Positions 47,080 to 57,885 of a stretch of DNA of 64,000 nt are shown piece after piece. The notes under the pieces were generated by a model. It did not search any database. It was given only the letters and a program-made list of their open reading frames with translations, and was not told where the DNA came from. The number at the start of each line of letters is the position of its first letter. Within the stretch, counting starts at the first letter, position 1. This stretch comes from a virus, in the IMG/VR virus record IMGVR_UViG_3300035670_000113, positions 23,183 to 87,182 of that record; one strand, written 5' to 3'. Both the position numbers and the translations under genes were made by a program.

Positions 47080-47936
47080 CACAAAAAAATCTATTTGCTT
47101 TTGTTACTTTTGGAAACACAGATTTTTCAAGAGAGGCAGTAAAAAGTCTTAGAGAAACATCAGAAAATATTGAGTATGATATCTTTGCAATTATAGGAAA
47201 ACCTGGAGATGTGGAAACTGAAATGTGGTTAGAGGACGAAAATATTCCATACATATCTCATAGTACTAACTATGGATTTCCATACAGTATTAATGATATT
47301 TATGATTATGCGTGGAAAACAAACTCATATGATAATCTGATTTTGTTTGGAAATGACATAGTTTTTTACCCGTATGCAGCAGAATCTTTGGTTAAACTGG
47401 CAGAACAATCTGATTATGAGGTTATTAGTGCTTTGCAGTATGATGTAAAAGATCTTGTATCAGAGTTTGCAGATACAAAAAAATATTTTACTGGGAGTAA
47501 TCTAGAATTTTCTGATTTTGATAGTAAACCCTGGAATAATTTTACTGGTTATTCTAAAGATAATGTAATAAATGACATGAAGTTATATGATATACAGAAT
47601 CTGTGCTTATATAAAAGGTCTGTTTTTGATAAAGTTGGGTATACAGATGTTAACTTTTATCCGGCTTATTTCGTAGATAATGACTATGCTAGACGTATAG
47701 TGCTTTCAAATATAAAGTGCTGCACATTAACCAATGCTAGATTTTTTCACTTCTGGAGCAGAACAATACATCAAGAAACCGGTGGAAGTACTAATAAAAA
47801 TTTTGAGAATAATAGAAATTACTATTCATACAAATGGGGAGGGGCATTTGGAGAAGAAACAAAAACACCTGACATTTGTATAAATGATAGATCTAAAGAG
47901 ATTGCTACTATAAACCTTTGGAAGAATAAACGCTAA
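47076..47936 (+). CDS. GT2-family glycosyltransferase
   Basis: N.GF..SIN, NDI, F.KVGY.D.NFYPAYF.DNDY..R, H..S.T, KWGG. Confidence 0.85.
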   Translation: MTQKNLFAFVTFGNTDFSREAVKSLRETSENIEYDIFAIIGKPGDVETEMWLEDENIPYISHSTNYGFPYSINDIYDYAWKTNSYDNLILFGNDIVFYPYAAESLVKLAEQSDYEVISALQYDVKDLVSEFADTKKYFTGSNLEFSDFDSKPWNNFTGYSKDNVINDMKLYDIQNLCLYKRSVFDKVGYTDVNFYPAYFVDNDYARRIVLSNIKCCTLTNARFFHFWSRTIHQETGGSTNKNFENNRNYYSYKWGGAFGEETKTPDICINDRSKEIATINLWKNKR

Positions 47937-49486
47937 TGGCACTTATTGAAAAACCTACTAGAGAGGATTTATACTTATACGAAATAATGCGGCATCCAGT
48001 AATGGCAACAGAGTTCATATACAATATAGATTTAGATCCTAGATATGATACTATCTTTGAATTTACGTGGTATCAAAAAGATATTCTATGTGATTTCAAC
48101 TCATATATATCAATATGCACAGCAAGAGCCACTGGAAAAACAGTGTCTTTGTCTTCTCTTATATTGTGGATGTTATTATTTAAAGTATTTCCTGACGACT
48201 ATCTTATATATGCAGTACCTAGTAAAGTACACCTTGAACCAGTATTTACAAATCTTATACGATTATTTAGATCAAACTCCTTCCTTAAAAATTTTATAGA
48301 TAAAAAAGGTGGAGTTAATAGTTCTGATTTTAAGATATCACTTTTAAATCAGGCAACACTCATGTGTCGTATTGCTGGTCAATCTGGAACAGGTCAAAAT
48401 CTTATTGGTTTACACACACCTGTTCTATTAACGGATGAGGGAGGATATTTTCCTTATAATGCATTTAATGAAATGCAACCATCCCTTAATGTGTGGACCC
48501 CAGGATTCAGAGAAGTAGTAGCAGGGGTTCCCACAGGTTTAAGAGAGAATAATGTTCTTTACCATGTGGATATGGAGAATACTAACTATACAAAACATAG
48601 GGTATCTGCATATGATAACCCAAGAATTAGTAAAGCTGATGAGGAAAGAGCAGTACAGCAGTATGGTGGAAATGATTCTGATGACTTTATACACTACTTT
48701 CTGGGACAGCACGGTAAACCAATCTTTTCCATCTTTGATAGAAGCTCCTTTAGAATAGACACCTATCCAGTATTTAAATTGGAAATAGATGGTATTCAAA
48801 TGAATTCTAGTATAGAAGATATTGTTACTAAAATAAACGCCTTTCCACTAGTAAAGACTGGGAACTACGGTGTATTTATGGGAATAGATCTTGGATACAC
48901 TGAACCAACAGCTATTATACTAATGTATCGAGACTCTAATGACTGTTTAAAATTTCATGGCAGAATCAAGCTCACTAAAGTTTCATATCCAATTCAAGAG
49001 AAGATAGTTGATATTATTGACTCAAGATTCAAACCTGAACTTATAGGAATAGATAGGGGAGGAGTTGGTGTATCTGTTGTTCAGAGTTTACTTGAGCATA
49101 CAGACTATGCACACAAAGATTATAAAGATAGAATTGTACCAATAGACTTTTCATCTTCTATCGTTGTTGGAATTGGTTCAGACGGAAATGAAATAAAAAC
49201 AAAGGCAAAGGTATATACCACATCAGTATTACAAGATTTCTCCAATAATCATAAAATAATTTATTCATCAACTGATACTGATATGATTTCAGAGCTTGAA
49301 AGAATGACTTATACTAAAAGTGTCACTGGAGAAATAAGTTATAGAACTCTTACAGAAAGAGGAGGAAAGAAGGGAGAAGACCACTTTACATCGGCTCTTC
49401 TGTGTTTGGTGGGTGCTTACAATTTAGTAAACAGCCCGATATACCTAAGAACAAAAAGAAAATTACTTTCCCCTTCATGGATATAA
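47936..49486 (+). CDS. terL: terminase large subunit
   Basis: ARATGKT Walker A, TDEG Walker B, GIDLG and ID.GG.G nuclease motifs, DH. Confidence 0.88.
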   Translation: MALIEKPTREDLYLYEIMRHPVMATEFIYNIDLDPRYDTIFEFTWYQKDILCDFNSYISICTARATGKTVSLSSLILWMLLFKVFPDDYLIYAVPSKVHLEPVFTNLIRLFRSNSFLKNFIDKKGGVNSSDFKISLLNQATLMCRIAGQSGTGQNLIGLHTPVLLTDEGGYFPYNAFNEMQPSLNVWTPGFREVVAGVPTGLRENNVLYHVDMENTNYTKHRVSAYDNPRISKADEERAVQQYGGNDSDDFIHYFLGQHGKPIFSIFDRSSFRIDTYPVFKLEIDGIQMNSSIEDIVTKINAFPLVKTGNYGVFMGIDLGYTEPTAIILMYRDSNDCLKFHGRIKLTKVSYPIQEKIVDIIDSRFKPELIGIDRGGVGVSVVQSLLEHTDYAHKDYKDRIVPIDFSSSIVVGIGSDGNEIKTKAKVYTTSVLQDFSNNHKIIYSSTDTDMISELERMTYTKSVTGEISYRTLTERGGKKGEDHFTSALLCLVGAYNLVNSPIYLRTKRKLLSPSWI

Positions 49487-49492
49487 AAATAT

Positions 49493-51067
49493 ATGAAAAC
49501 GCAAGAAGAACTAAAAGAAGCAAAGGCTACTCCAACTTCCCCAAAGAATAGGAGAATCGCTCTAGGAGATTTACAGTCATCCATAGCCGCAGTAAATCCC
49601 TGGAAAGAAACAAAATCTAATACTGGAAAGAAAACATCTTTTGAGGATTTTGTTGAATCTGTAGACCTTTGTAGGTTCTTTTATAGAACAGAACCTGTAG
49701 TTTCTACAGTTATAAATAAACTAGTAGAAATAGGAATTAATGATCTGATAATATCTAAGAAAGGTTTATCAGAAAATGAGTTTAGAGTTTTCAATGCTCT
49801 AAAACCTCAGTTACTGGAGTTCGCAGAGACTATGGCTCAAGAACTCCTGTTATCTGGACTTGTTGTTCCAGAGATAGCATATGGTCCTGTAGACAAAGAT
49901 ACTATATTTGAACTTGGAATTAAGAAGTATAATAGACTTGTTTTCCCAGTTAGTATGTGGGTTAGAGACCCAAAGACTGTAAAAATAAATGTATCAATGT
50001 TATCAAATACACCATCTTACTATGTCACAATTCCAGATGACACTATTTATTTTATAAAGAATAAGGGTGAATATCCTGACGGTAGACAGGATAAGGAACT
50101 CTTCGATGAGATAAAATCATATTTTCCAGACTTTGTTAAAGCTGTTATGCAGGGTGAGACAGAGGTGTTACTAGAAAATAATGATTTAATACTTAGAAGA
50201 AAATATACAACTGATGACCCATACCCAATCCCGTACATTAGTCCAGTTCTAGATGCTCTACAACATAAGAGAGAGTTAAGAAGAATGGATTACTCCATAA
50301 TTGATAAAGTTATTGGAGCAATAATGCACGTTAAGGTGGGTTCTGATGAGTTTCCAATCACTGATACAGACGAAGATTTTGATGTTATAAATGAACTCAG
50401 AAAACAACTGGTATATAGATTTAATGGACAGCAAAATCTCGAAAGAATATTCCAACTTATTACTAACCATACAGTTAACATTGAGTGGGTATTTCCAGAT
50501 TCATCACTGCTTGCTAATACAGAGAAGTACGCAGATATAAATCAAGAGATACTCTTTGGTCTTGGATTTCCTAGAGTTTTAATTACTGGTGAATCAGAAA
50601 GAACTGGTACTTCTGACCCAGAGATTGCACTAATTTCTCCTATAAAGACTATGGAGTCTATGAGGAGAAAAATACTTAAGGTTGTTAGGGATGTGTGCAA
50701 GAACGTAGCTATGGAAAACAACTTCAAAGTACCGAATGTTAAATTTAAACCACTAAACTTGCATGTGTTCAAGGATTTTGTTGAGAGTTTAGGAAAACTA
50801 TACGAAATTTCTGGTCTAAGCAGAACATCTATGGCTGAGATTCTTGGGTACGATTTCAAAGATGAGGTAGACCTTCTAGCGGAGGAGCAAAAGACTCTAG
50901 AAACTAGTGGACTTCCAAATTTTGGCCCAACACCTAACAGCAGAGACCCAGAAATGGAGACTCCAACAGCTGGAAAAGACGAAAACACAGTCCAAAACGG
51001 AGAAAAACCGAAAAAGACAATCAAAAATAAGCAAGTTCAGGAGATAAAAGATGGAGAAACAGGCTAA
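49493..51067 (+). CDS. portal protein
   Basis: 524 aa directly after terL; Y..P.V...I, PYP.P.I. Confidence 0.8.
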   Translation: MKTQEELKEAKATPTSPKNRRIALGDLQSSIAAVNPWKETKSNTGKKTSFEDFVESVDLCRFFYRTEPVVSTVINKLVEIGINDLIISKKGLSENEFRVFNALKPQLLEFAETMAQELLLSGLVVPEIAYGPVDKDTIFELGIKKYNRLVFPVSMWVRDPKTVKINVSMLSNTPSYYVTIPDDTIYFIKNKGEYPDGRQDKELFDEIKSYFPDFVKAVMQGETEVLLENNDLILRRKYTTDDPYPIPYISPVLDALQHKRELRRMDYSIIDKVIGAIMHVKVGSDEFPITDTDEDFDVINELRKQLVYRFNGQQNLERIFQLITNHTVNIEWVFPDSSLLANTEKYADINQEILFGLGFPRVLITGESERTGTSDPEIALISPIKTMESMRRKILKVVRDVCKNVAMENNFKVPNVKFKPLNLHVFKDFVESLGKLYEISGLSRTSMAEILGYDFKDEVDLLAEEQKTLETSGLPNFGPTPNSRDPEMETPTAGKDENTVQNGEKPKKTIKNKQVQEIKDGETG

Positions 51068-52388
51068 AATTGACACAAATTTAGATTTTGTGGTACAATT
51101 TATAGAAGATAGTGAGCTGGAAAATGAACTTAAAGAGGCTTATTCCTCTGTTCTTATAAATCCAGCCGTTTCCTGGGCAAAATTTGTACTTACTGATGAT
51201 AATCCTAACGGAAATGGGCAGCGAATTCCTCAAGAGGAGTTTGCTAACCTAATACAATCCGGTACATTTATGCCAATTAAGATGGCACAGGGAGAAATCA
51301 AGGACGGACACGAAAAGGCTTTACCACTGGGTGTAATTACACATATAAAACAGGAAGGTAATAGGCTTATTGCTATGGCAGCCCTATGGCTAAAAGAAAG
51401 AGGCAATGATATTTCAATGCTAAAACAACTCTTAGCCAGCAATCAGCCAGTCAATGTCTCTTGGGAAATATTATATGGGGATGCAGATATTGAAGACAAT
51501 GTAATGAGCCTTAGAGATACTATCTTAAAAGCAGTTACAGTAGTAAAGAAGCCAGCATATGGTGGAAGAACTCCAATATTGGCAGTAGCTGCAAAGAAGT
51601 GGAGTCCAGCATATATAGCTGGTCTTCCAGATTCTTGTTTCCTAGTCGTTGAACGTCCTCTTCAAGAGGGTCAAAAGCCAATCCGACATTTTGCTTACAA
51701 AGATATGGATGGAAATATTGACCCAACAAGATTTCAAACAATTGCTGAAGAGATGGTAACAACATCTCTTCCACAAAATAAAATAAAAACAGCTATTCAG
51801 AAGATGAAAAAGCTGAAAGAAATGATGGAATCTGGAGCAAGCTTTGTGGAGATTAATGACGAATTTAAAGATGGTACACCCAACTTTATAGAGTCTGCGT
51901 CTTCTGAGCTTCCAGAAACTCCAGTGGAGGATAAGACATTGGACGAACTAGAACTTTTGAAAACAGCTAATGCGGAACTTCAGGCAAAACTGGATACCGC
52001 TAATGCTTTAGCTGCAGAACTACAAGAAAAACTTGATGTTGCCAACTCTTCTTTGGCAGCTGCAGCAGAAGAACTAGCTTCTTTAAAGGAATTTAAGGCC
52101 GCAATTGATGAAGAGAGAGCGGTTGCAGAGAAACTATCTGCTATTAAATCAAAATTTGAAGAGGCCGGTATTGCAAAAGAAGAAGGATATTTTGATACAA
52201 ATAAAGACTCCCTACTGTCAATGGAACAGGGAGCGTTGGATTTTATGATCCAAGAGATGGTTGCCTTTAATAGCAACCAACCTACTGAAGCTTCTAAACA
52301 GGTAAAAATTCCGAATCTTCAATCTGACACCAAAAAGTTAGATGTCAAGGAGCTAGGTAGGGCTCTTCGTGAGAGAAGAGTTAAGTAA
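51051..52388 (+). CDS. prohead protease fused to a coiled-coil scaffold
   Basis: PNGNG, H, VSWEI, V..PAY; Ala/Glu/Lys-rich C-terminus. Confidence 0.8.
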   Translation: MEKQAKIDTNLDFVVQFIEDSELENELKEAYSSVLINPAVSWAKFVLTDDNPNGNGQRIPQEEFANLIQSGTFMPIKMAQGEIKDGHEKALPLGVITHIKQEGNRLIAMAALWLKERGNDISMLKQLLASNQPVNVSWEILYGDADIEDNVMSLRDTILKAVTVVKKPAYGGRTPILAVAAKKWSPAYIAGLPDSCFLVVERPLQEGQKPIRHFAYKDMDGNIDPTRFQTIAEEMVTTSLPQNKIKTAIQKMKKLKEMMESGASFVEINDEFKDGTPNFIESASSELPETPVEDKTLDELELLKTANAELQAKLDTANALAAELQEKLDVANSSLAAAAEELASLKEFKAAIDEERAVAEKLSAIKSKFEEAGIAKEEGYFDTNKDSLLSMEQGALDFMIQEMVAFNSNQPTEASKQVKIPNLQSDTKKLDVKELGRALRERRVK

Positions 52389-52402
52389 ATTCGGAGGAAA
52401 TA

Positions 52403-52963
52403 ATGGAACTAAATAGATTTGAAGATGTTCTGGGTGTTGTAACTACAGACGCAATTGTAGAAGGACGCTTCGTAGTTTTATGCGGACACAGTGAAACTTA
52501 TGATTTCGGTAGCCGTGAAGACCTACCTGGAGTTAAGGTTCCTGCTACATCAGAGGAAGCCACTAGAGCAAAGTTTGTTCTAACCTTCGCTGTTGATAAC
52601 AGACCTACTCCTATTATGGAGCCGGTTCCTGCTACAACTTTTGGACTTCGTGGTGGATTCGGCGCAGCCGCTAATGCCCCATTCAGTGCAACAGTTTATC
52701 TAACCCCGCCAGGAAATCAGGAAGGACTAACAATTCCTTCTGGTACTCCTGCATTAGCATTTACAGAAGGAACATTTACTCTACCTTCTGGAGCTTACAT
52801 TTACAGTTCTAACCTAGTCGTACCTGGTGCTGCTTTTGTTATTGAGCACTCTGGTGCTGATGCTGGTAAGCCAAAGTACACAGCCACAAACGCTGTTGGG
52901 GTTATTGGCTTTGTTGAAAGATACGATTCAACAACTGGTAAGCTAACAGTAAGAGTTGAATAA
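52403..52963 (+). CDS. capsid decoration/cement protein
   Basis: 186 aa between scaffold and MCP. Confidence 0.65.
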   Translation: MELNRFEDVLGVVTTDAIVEGRFVVLCGHSETYDFGSREDLPGVKVPATSEEATRAKFVLTFAVDNRPTPIMEPVPATTFGLRGGFGAAANAPFSATVYLTPPGNQEGLTIPSGTPALAFTEGTFTLPSGAYIYSSNLVVPGAAFVIEHSGADAGKPKYTATNAVGVIGFVERYDSTTGKLTVRVE

Positions 52964-52984
52964 TTTTTGGAGGCTAGTTTTAAC

Positions 52985-53890
52985 ATGGATGAACTAAAGT
53001 TAAAGGAAGCTGTATCGAGCCTAATTAAGGAAGGCAATCGTGAGGCTGTTGCTCAGATGCTTGTTGAGTTTATTGACCCAACACACATCACTACAGATTT
53101 TGTGAGCCTTCTAATGAATTCTCGCAGCTTAAATCCTGGTGATTCTCTTGTAAAGAAAGTTAGAAAGGGAATTCAGGTAAGAACTTTGGTTCCTGGTGCT
53201 ATTCATCTTGCTAACGAAATCACTGTTTCAGACCGTATTAATTACGTTCTAGACGGTGCTGACGTAAAAGTTACCGCCAATGAGTGGGAACTTGAGGCTG
53301 GTGAGATTGGTACTGTGGAATCAATCAGAAATGAAATGATGGCTAAACTACGTGACTATTATCTAGGAAAGGTATTTACATCTCTGTCAACAATTTGGAC
53401 AGCTGGAAATACTCCCGATAATTTCACAGATGTTGGTGGAGCTATCAACGCAACTGCTCTAAAGGCAGCTATTGACAGAATCAACCAGACAACTGGCGGT
53501 GTTCGTGCAGTAGTTGGAACAAGAGCAGCTCTAACTCCTATTACAACCTTTGGTGCTGGATGGACTGACGGAACTGCGGTTTCTCAGGCTGTTCCTGGCA
53601 ATATTGCTGAAATTATGCAAACTGGTTGGTTAGGAAAATATTACGGTGCTCCTATTCTTGCTCTACAGCAAGAGTATGATAACCCAGAAGATTACAATGC
53701 TCTTCTACCCTCTGACAAGATTCTTGTCATTGGTGAGAAGGTTGGTGACTTTATTACTTACGGCGAAGTGAAAACAAAGCAGTGGAGTGATATGAGACCA
53801 ACTCCTCCACAGTGGTATCTAGAGTTATACCAACAGTTCGGTATGATTATTGACCGTGCAGATGGTATTTACGTAATCAAGGTTGCGTAA
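52985..53890 (+). CDS. major capsid protein
   Basis: ~301 aa in the canonical position, GGAGG SD, G.LG.YYG..I, followed by a hairpin. Confidence 0.8.
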   Translation: MDELKLKEAVSSLIKEGNREAVAQMLVEFIDPTHITTDFVSLLMNSRSLNPGDSLVKKVRKGIQVRTLVPGAIHLANEITVSDRINYVLDGADVKVTANEWELEAGEIGTVESIRNEMMAKLRDYYLGKVFTSLSTIWTAGNTPDNFTDVGGAINATALKAAIDRINQTTGGVRAVVGTRAALTPITTFGAGWTDGTAVSQAVPGNIAEIMQTGWLGKYYGAPILALQQEYDNPEDYNALLPSDKILVIGEKVGDFITYGEVKTKQWSDMRPTPPQWYLELYQQFGMIIDRADGIYVIKVA

Positions 53891-53904
53891 GCTTAATACT
53901 TAGA

Positions 53905-53929
53905 GTAGGGGAGGTTATCCCTCCCCTAC
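53905..53929 (+). terminator. hairpin after the capsid gene (terminator or stabiliser)
   Basis: GTAGGGGAGG-TTATC-CCTCCCCTAC; no clear U tract. Confidence 0.6.
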
Positions 53930-53956
53930 CTACTATAAAAGAAAGGGCATCTTTAA

Positions 53957-54481
53957 ATGAGTGCAAAGACTATTGAGGAAATGAATATTTTGGGGCAAAT
54001 CAATGGGGAACCTATTAAATCATACACTAAGACAATCTTAGGAAAAATCTATGTGATGGTTCTTGACAGGTTTTCTGGACAGCCCGTAGGAATTCTTCTT
54101 TCTGGAGATCCAAGAAAGCAAGATGATGGAAGCATTGTTGAAATATTTTCTGAGGTTGAGGACATCTATTTCAGAAAAGCTAACAAGAGACACTTTGAAG
54201 TTGGTAATATCATTCCATTTACAAAGAAGGTCGAGCCAAAGGAAAGAACAATTGAAGAGTACTCTGATGAAGAGTTGACAGTTCTGGTAAATCAAAAGTT
54301 CCTGGCTTTACAGCATACTCTAAATAAGACTGTATCGGTTGCTGTTCTGTTTAGAATGTTGAACCTGGCAGAAGCCAATGATAAATCAGAGAAGATTATA
54401 TCTGCTATCAAAGCGAGAATTTCTGAAGTTCAAATGCAAGAAGTTACTCCTAATAGGAAGCAGGAAACACAGGAAAAATAA
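53957..54481 (+). CDS. hypothetical protein (head module)
   Basis: position. Confidence 0.65.
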   Translation: MSAKTIEEMNILGQINGEPIKSYTKTILGKIYVMVLDRFSGQPVGILLSGDPRKQDDGSIVEIFSEVEDIYFRKANKRHFEVGNIIPFTKKVEPKERTIEEYSDEELTVLVNQKFLALQHTLNKTVSVAVLFRMLNLAEANDKSEKIISAIKARISEVQMQEVTPNRKQETQEK

Positions 54482-54484
54482 AGT

Positions 54485-54964
54485 ATGGCTTCTACAACTG
54501 TTGAATATTTACTTTCAAGATTAAGATTAAAATTGGGAGACACTGATTCAACCCAGTATAGATATACTGATGCATGGCTTATAGTATCTCTTCTTTCTGC
54601 TACCATATCACTACAAAGATGGTGGGATATAAAGTACCTCGTTGATACAGATCTTCAAACTATTACTAGAAACGAAGATGCTGTTGATCTTTTCAGGTAT
54701 GAGGAACCCCCCGTTATTCAACAGATAGATGAGCAGCCAATAATTCTTATGGCTGCAATAATTATAAAAAGTGGACAACTTGAGGCAAACTCGTGGAATT
54801 TAGGAAGCTGGAAAGATGCAGAAATAGCAGTTTCCAATATTGCTGGAGGAGATGCCAAAAAGGAATCCCTTAGAAGAGATTGGGACGAGCTAATGATGTA
54901 TATCGTTCCACCAACAAAAAGATTATTTAAGATTCAGAGATTGTCTTTCCCAGACGAAGAATAG
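54485..54964 (+). CDS. head-tail adaptor
   Basis: LRLKLGD.D...Y.YTD; position. Confidence 0.7.
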   Translation: MASTTVEYLLSRLRLKLGDTDSTQYRYTDAWLIVSLLSATISLQRWWDIKYLVDTDLQTITRNEDAVDLFRYEEPPVIQQIDEQPIILMAAIIIKSGQLEANSWNLGSWKDAEIAVSNIAGGDAKKESLRRDWDELMMYIVPPTKRLFKIQRLSFPDEE

Positions 54965-54980
54965 AAAGGAACTTAGGTAT

Positions 54981-56174
54981 ATGACTAAGAAAAAGGCTTA
55001 TGAGGTTTTGTGGATTTCTGATTTGGTAGTACCAACAGGATTTTCTAGGGTGGCACACAGTATTATAAAGTACTTGGATACAAAGAAATATTCTATTACT
55101 GGACTAGGTGTTAACTATAGGGGAGATCCACACTCTCACGGATTTCCAATTTTTCCTGCAAGTTCTGGAGGAAAAGTATATGGAGAGGATAGACTTGTCA
55201 GTATGTTGAATGATAAGAAATATGATATTTTATTCATTCTTAATGATTCATGGATTCAAAATGCATACCTGGCACAGATAAAGGAAAAAGTAACAAAAGA
55301 GAATATGCCAAAGATTGTATCATATTTTCCGGTGGATTCAGAGATGCATCTTCCAGAGTGGTACTCTAACTTTGATATTGTTGATGCTGCAGTAACGTAC
55401 ACAGATTTTGCAAAAGAGGTGGTAAATCATGAGTCATGTGCTCCAGATTTAAAGGTGGAGATTATACCTCATGGTAATGACCAGAAAGTATTTTATAAGA
55501 AATACATGAGCAGGTCTGATGCTAAGGTTGACTTGTTTAGAAACAAGGAGGCTGCAGACTGGTTTATTTTTCTCAATGCCGGAAGGAACCAGCCTAGAAA
55601 AAGACTTGATATATCAATAGAGGCATTTGCCCTGTTCGCAGAAAACAAACCAGATGTAAGGCTGTATATGCACTGTGGAGCAAGAGACTCACACATTGAT
55701 GTTCCAAGATTTGCTAGAAGGTTTTCTATTGATAATAAACTAATTCTAACCAGCCTTGTAAATGGAATTCAGACAGTTCCAGATGCCGTTCTAAATGGTA
55801 TCTATAATGCATGTGATGTTGGATTAAATACAGGTCTTGGAGAAGGTTGGGGATTGCCAAATGTAGAGCACGCAACCACAGGAGCTCCACAAATTGTTCC
55901 TGGACACTCAGCTTGTTTAGAATTGTTTAAGGACTGTGGAGAGATTGTTGCTCCAAAACTGAAGTTTACTTTAGACCACAGTATGACAGTTGGAAAACTT
56001 GTTGACCCGATTGATGTTGCAAGCAGTATGGAAAAGCTCTATGCAGACAGGCTGCTATATAATTCTTTAGCAGAAGCCGGAATGAAGAAATTTATCAATC
56101 CAGAATACGAATGGGAGAACATTTCTCATAGATGGGATAAGCTCTTCACTAGAGTTCTTTCTCAAAAGAAATAG
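54981..56174 (+). CDS. GT4-family glycosyltransferase
   Basis: PTGFSRV, IPHG, RNQPRK, YNACDV, GEGWGLP..E. Confidence 0.9.
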   Translation: MTKKKAYEVLWISDLVVPTGFSRVAHSIIKYLDTKKYSITGLGVNYRGDPHSHGFPIFPASSGGKVYGEDRLVSMLNDKKYDILFILNDSWIQNAYLAQIKEKVTKENMPKIVSYFPVDSEMHLPEWYSNFDIVDAAVTYTDFAKEVVNHESCAPDLKVEIIPHGNDQKVFYKKYMSRSDAKVDLFRNKEAADWFIFLNAGRNQPRKRLDISIEAFALFAENKPDVRLYMHCGARDSHIDVPRFARRFSIDNKLILTSLVNGIQTVPDAVLNGIYNACDVGLNTGLGEGWGLPNVEHATTGAPQIVPGHSACLELFKDCGEIVAPKLKFTLDHSMTVGKLVDPIDVASSMEKLYADRLLYNSLAEAGMKKFINPEYEWENISHRWDKLFTRVLSQKK

Positions 56175-56181
56175 GTATAAA

Positions 56182-56628
56182 ATGCAGATTACATGGCCTT
56201 CTAATACAAGAGAAACAATAGAAGATATTATAAACACAATAGGCAGACCTGTTGAATTTGTAACAGTTACATATTCAGCATGTCCTTTATGCGGACTCGA
56301 TCCAGTTACTAACACTTCTACAGATTCTTTTTGTATATCATGTTCTGGTGTTTACTGGATACCAATGTATAGTGGAACAGATATAACAGCCCATGTTACA
56401 TGGAAGTATGCTGATGCACTAAATTGGGAAGCAGGAGGCATGATATTTAATGGTGATGGCATCATTAAAATAATGTACTCTGGCCCATATATGAGCGTAC
56501 TCGAAAACACAGAGTATGTCGTAGTAGATGGAAAACAGGTTGAGATTTCTAATATAACCTTGCTTGGTGTTCCTCAAATAAACAGGGTACAAATGGATTT
56601 TAAGGAAAGGAAGAAGGAAGATGAGTAA
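56182..56628 (+). CDS. putative head closure protein
   Basis: CP.C...C..C.G; position. Confidence 0.55.
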   Translation: MQITWPSNTRETIEDIINTIGRPVEFVTVTYSACPLCGLDPVTNTSTDSFCISCSGVYWIPMYSGTDITAHVTWKYADALNWEAGGMIFNGDGIIKIMYSGPYMSVLENTEYVVVDGKQVEISNITLLGVPQINRVQMDFKERKKEDE

Positions 56629-56848
56629 TACTACTATTCAAGATTTGGATATTTTTGAAGTTATCAGATCTATCTCTAGAAGAAATAAGAGAACTCAGGC
56701 AAAACTTCTACAGGAGATAGAGATGCTGTTAGATAAAAGAACTCCAGAATATGCTTTACTTAGAAAGTTTATTCTGGACGAGTTGAACTCATATACAAGA
56801 TTTGTTGTAAAAGAAATCTTTGGTGATATAGAATTTCTAATAAAATAA
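56621..56848 (+). CDS. hypothetical protein
   Basis: coupled ORF. Confidence 0.65.
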   Translation: MSNTTIQDLDIFEVIRSISRRNKRTQAKLLQEIEMLLDKRTPEYALLRKFILDELNSYTRFVVKEIFGDIEFLIK

Positions 56849-56849
56849 A

Positions 56850-57884
56850 ATGCAAGACATAATTGATGAACTACAAACCCTGGTACGAAATACAGAGATA
56901 TCCAGAGACATTCTTTATAAGTGTAGAGTAGCATTAGATAAGGCAGATAAAGTTATTAAAGACGCATCTGAAAATCTAATCAAACTCAATTCAGCATCTT
57001 ACATTAATTCTTTTGTAAGAAATCTTGATAGTCTATTAGAAGATGGAGCTCAAGATATTCTAATAAGTAATGTCATGAGAGCCATAGAGACATCAGAAGA
57101 ATTCAAGAAGGATATCCTAGCGTCTCGTTTGCTTGCTGCAGCCAAGTCCCCTGGAATCATTGATCTTATATTCAGAGGATCTGGGTGGGAAAGAAGTGTA
57201 GTAGTTAATCAAAGATGGGATGAGATTGCAGGAAGTCTATCAGATTGGGCAGCGGCTGTAGATGCAGTAAGAGAAGAAAATGATTGGGGACCTTATGCAG
57301 AAAAAGCACAGCCCCAGAGAGCATCAAACTTCTGGAGAAATATTATATATGGTAGAGAGGATTATCTATCTACTATGGAACAGAGAATTGATGCAGCTGA
57401 TGTAGGTGGTGGAGGCATAGCCCCATTTTGGGAATTATTAGACAAGGGAAATTCTATAGGTATGGCATCCGATTGGGGAGGAAAACCTTACCCAAAAAAC
57501 ATGCCAACAAACTTTGTAGATGATACCGCTACTGAAATTCAGAGAAACTACAGGCAGATACTGTCAGAATCCAAAGTAGCTCATTCAGAAGACGTGGCAA
57601 ATATATCAGCATCTATAAATGAAATTAAAAATCTATCAGACGATATTACTAATAAAATTAGAGAATTGGAACAGGTAATAGATACAGAAGACCTTCTAAA
57701 AAAGGTTGCAGACAGGCTCGAAAGAGATGTGTCTGAATTATCCCTGGATAAATTACTTAAGTTTATGAGAGATTTTGAGTCAGGATACTATGCATATGAA
57801 AGGGTTGAACTGTCAGCCAGTTACTTAGATAGGGTTAGACCTACTGTTGGTAGGCTGAGTTCAATACTTTATAGTGGTGAATAA
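56850..57884 (+). CDS. putative neck/tail completion protein
   Basis: APFWELLDKG...P...F; position. Confidence 0.5.
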   Translation: MQDIIDELQTLVRNTEISRDILYKCRVALDKADKVIKDASENLIKLNSASYINSFVRNLDSLLEDGAQDILISNVMRAIETSEEFKKDILASRLLAAAKSPGIIDLIFRGSGWERSVVVNQRWDEIAGSLSDWAAAVDAVREENDWGPYAEKAQPQRASNFWRNIIYGREDYLSTMEQRIDAADVGGGGIAPFWELLDKGNSIGMASDWGGKPYPKNMPTNFVDDTATEIQRNYRQILSESKVAHSEDVANISASINEIKNLSDDITNKIRELEQVIDTEDLLKKVADRLERDVSELSLDKLLKFMRDFESGYYAYERVELSASYLDRVRPTVGRLSSILYSGE

Positions 57885-57885
57885 A

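Noticed and set aside
51070-51099. TTGACA-N18-TACAAT near the start of the protease gene
   Set aside because: Spacing and -10 are imperfect and the site is inside the CDS; too weak to list as a feature.
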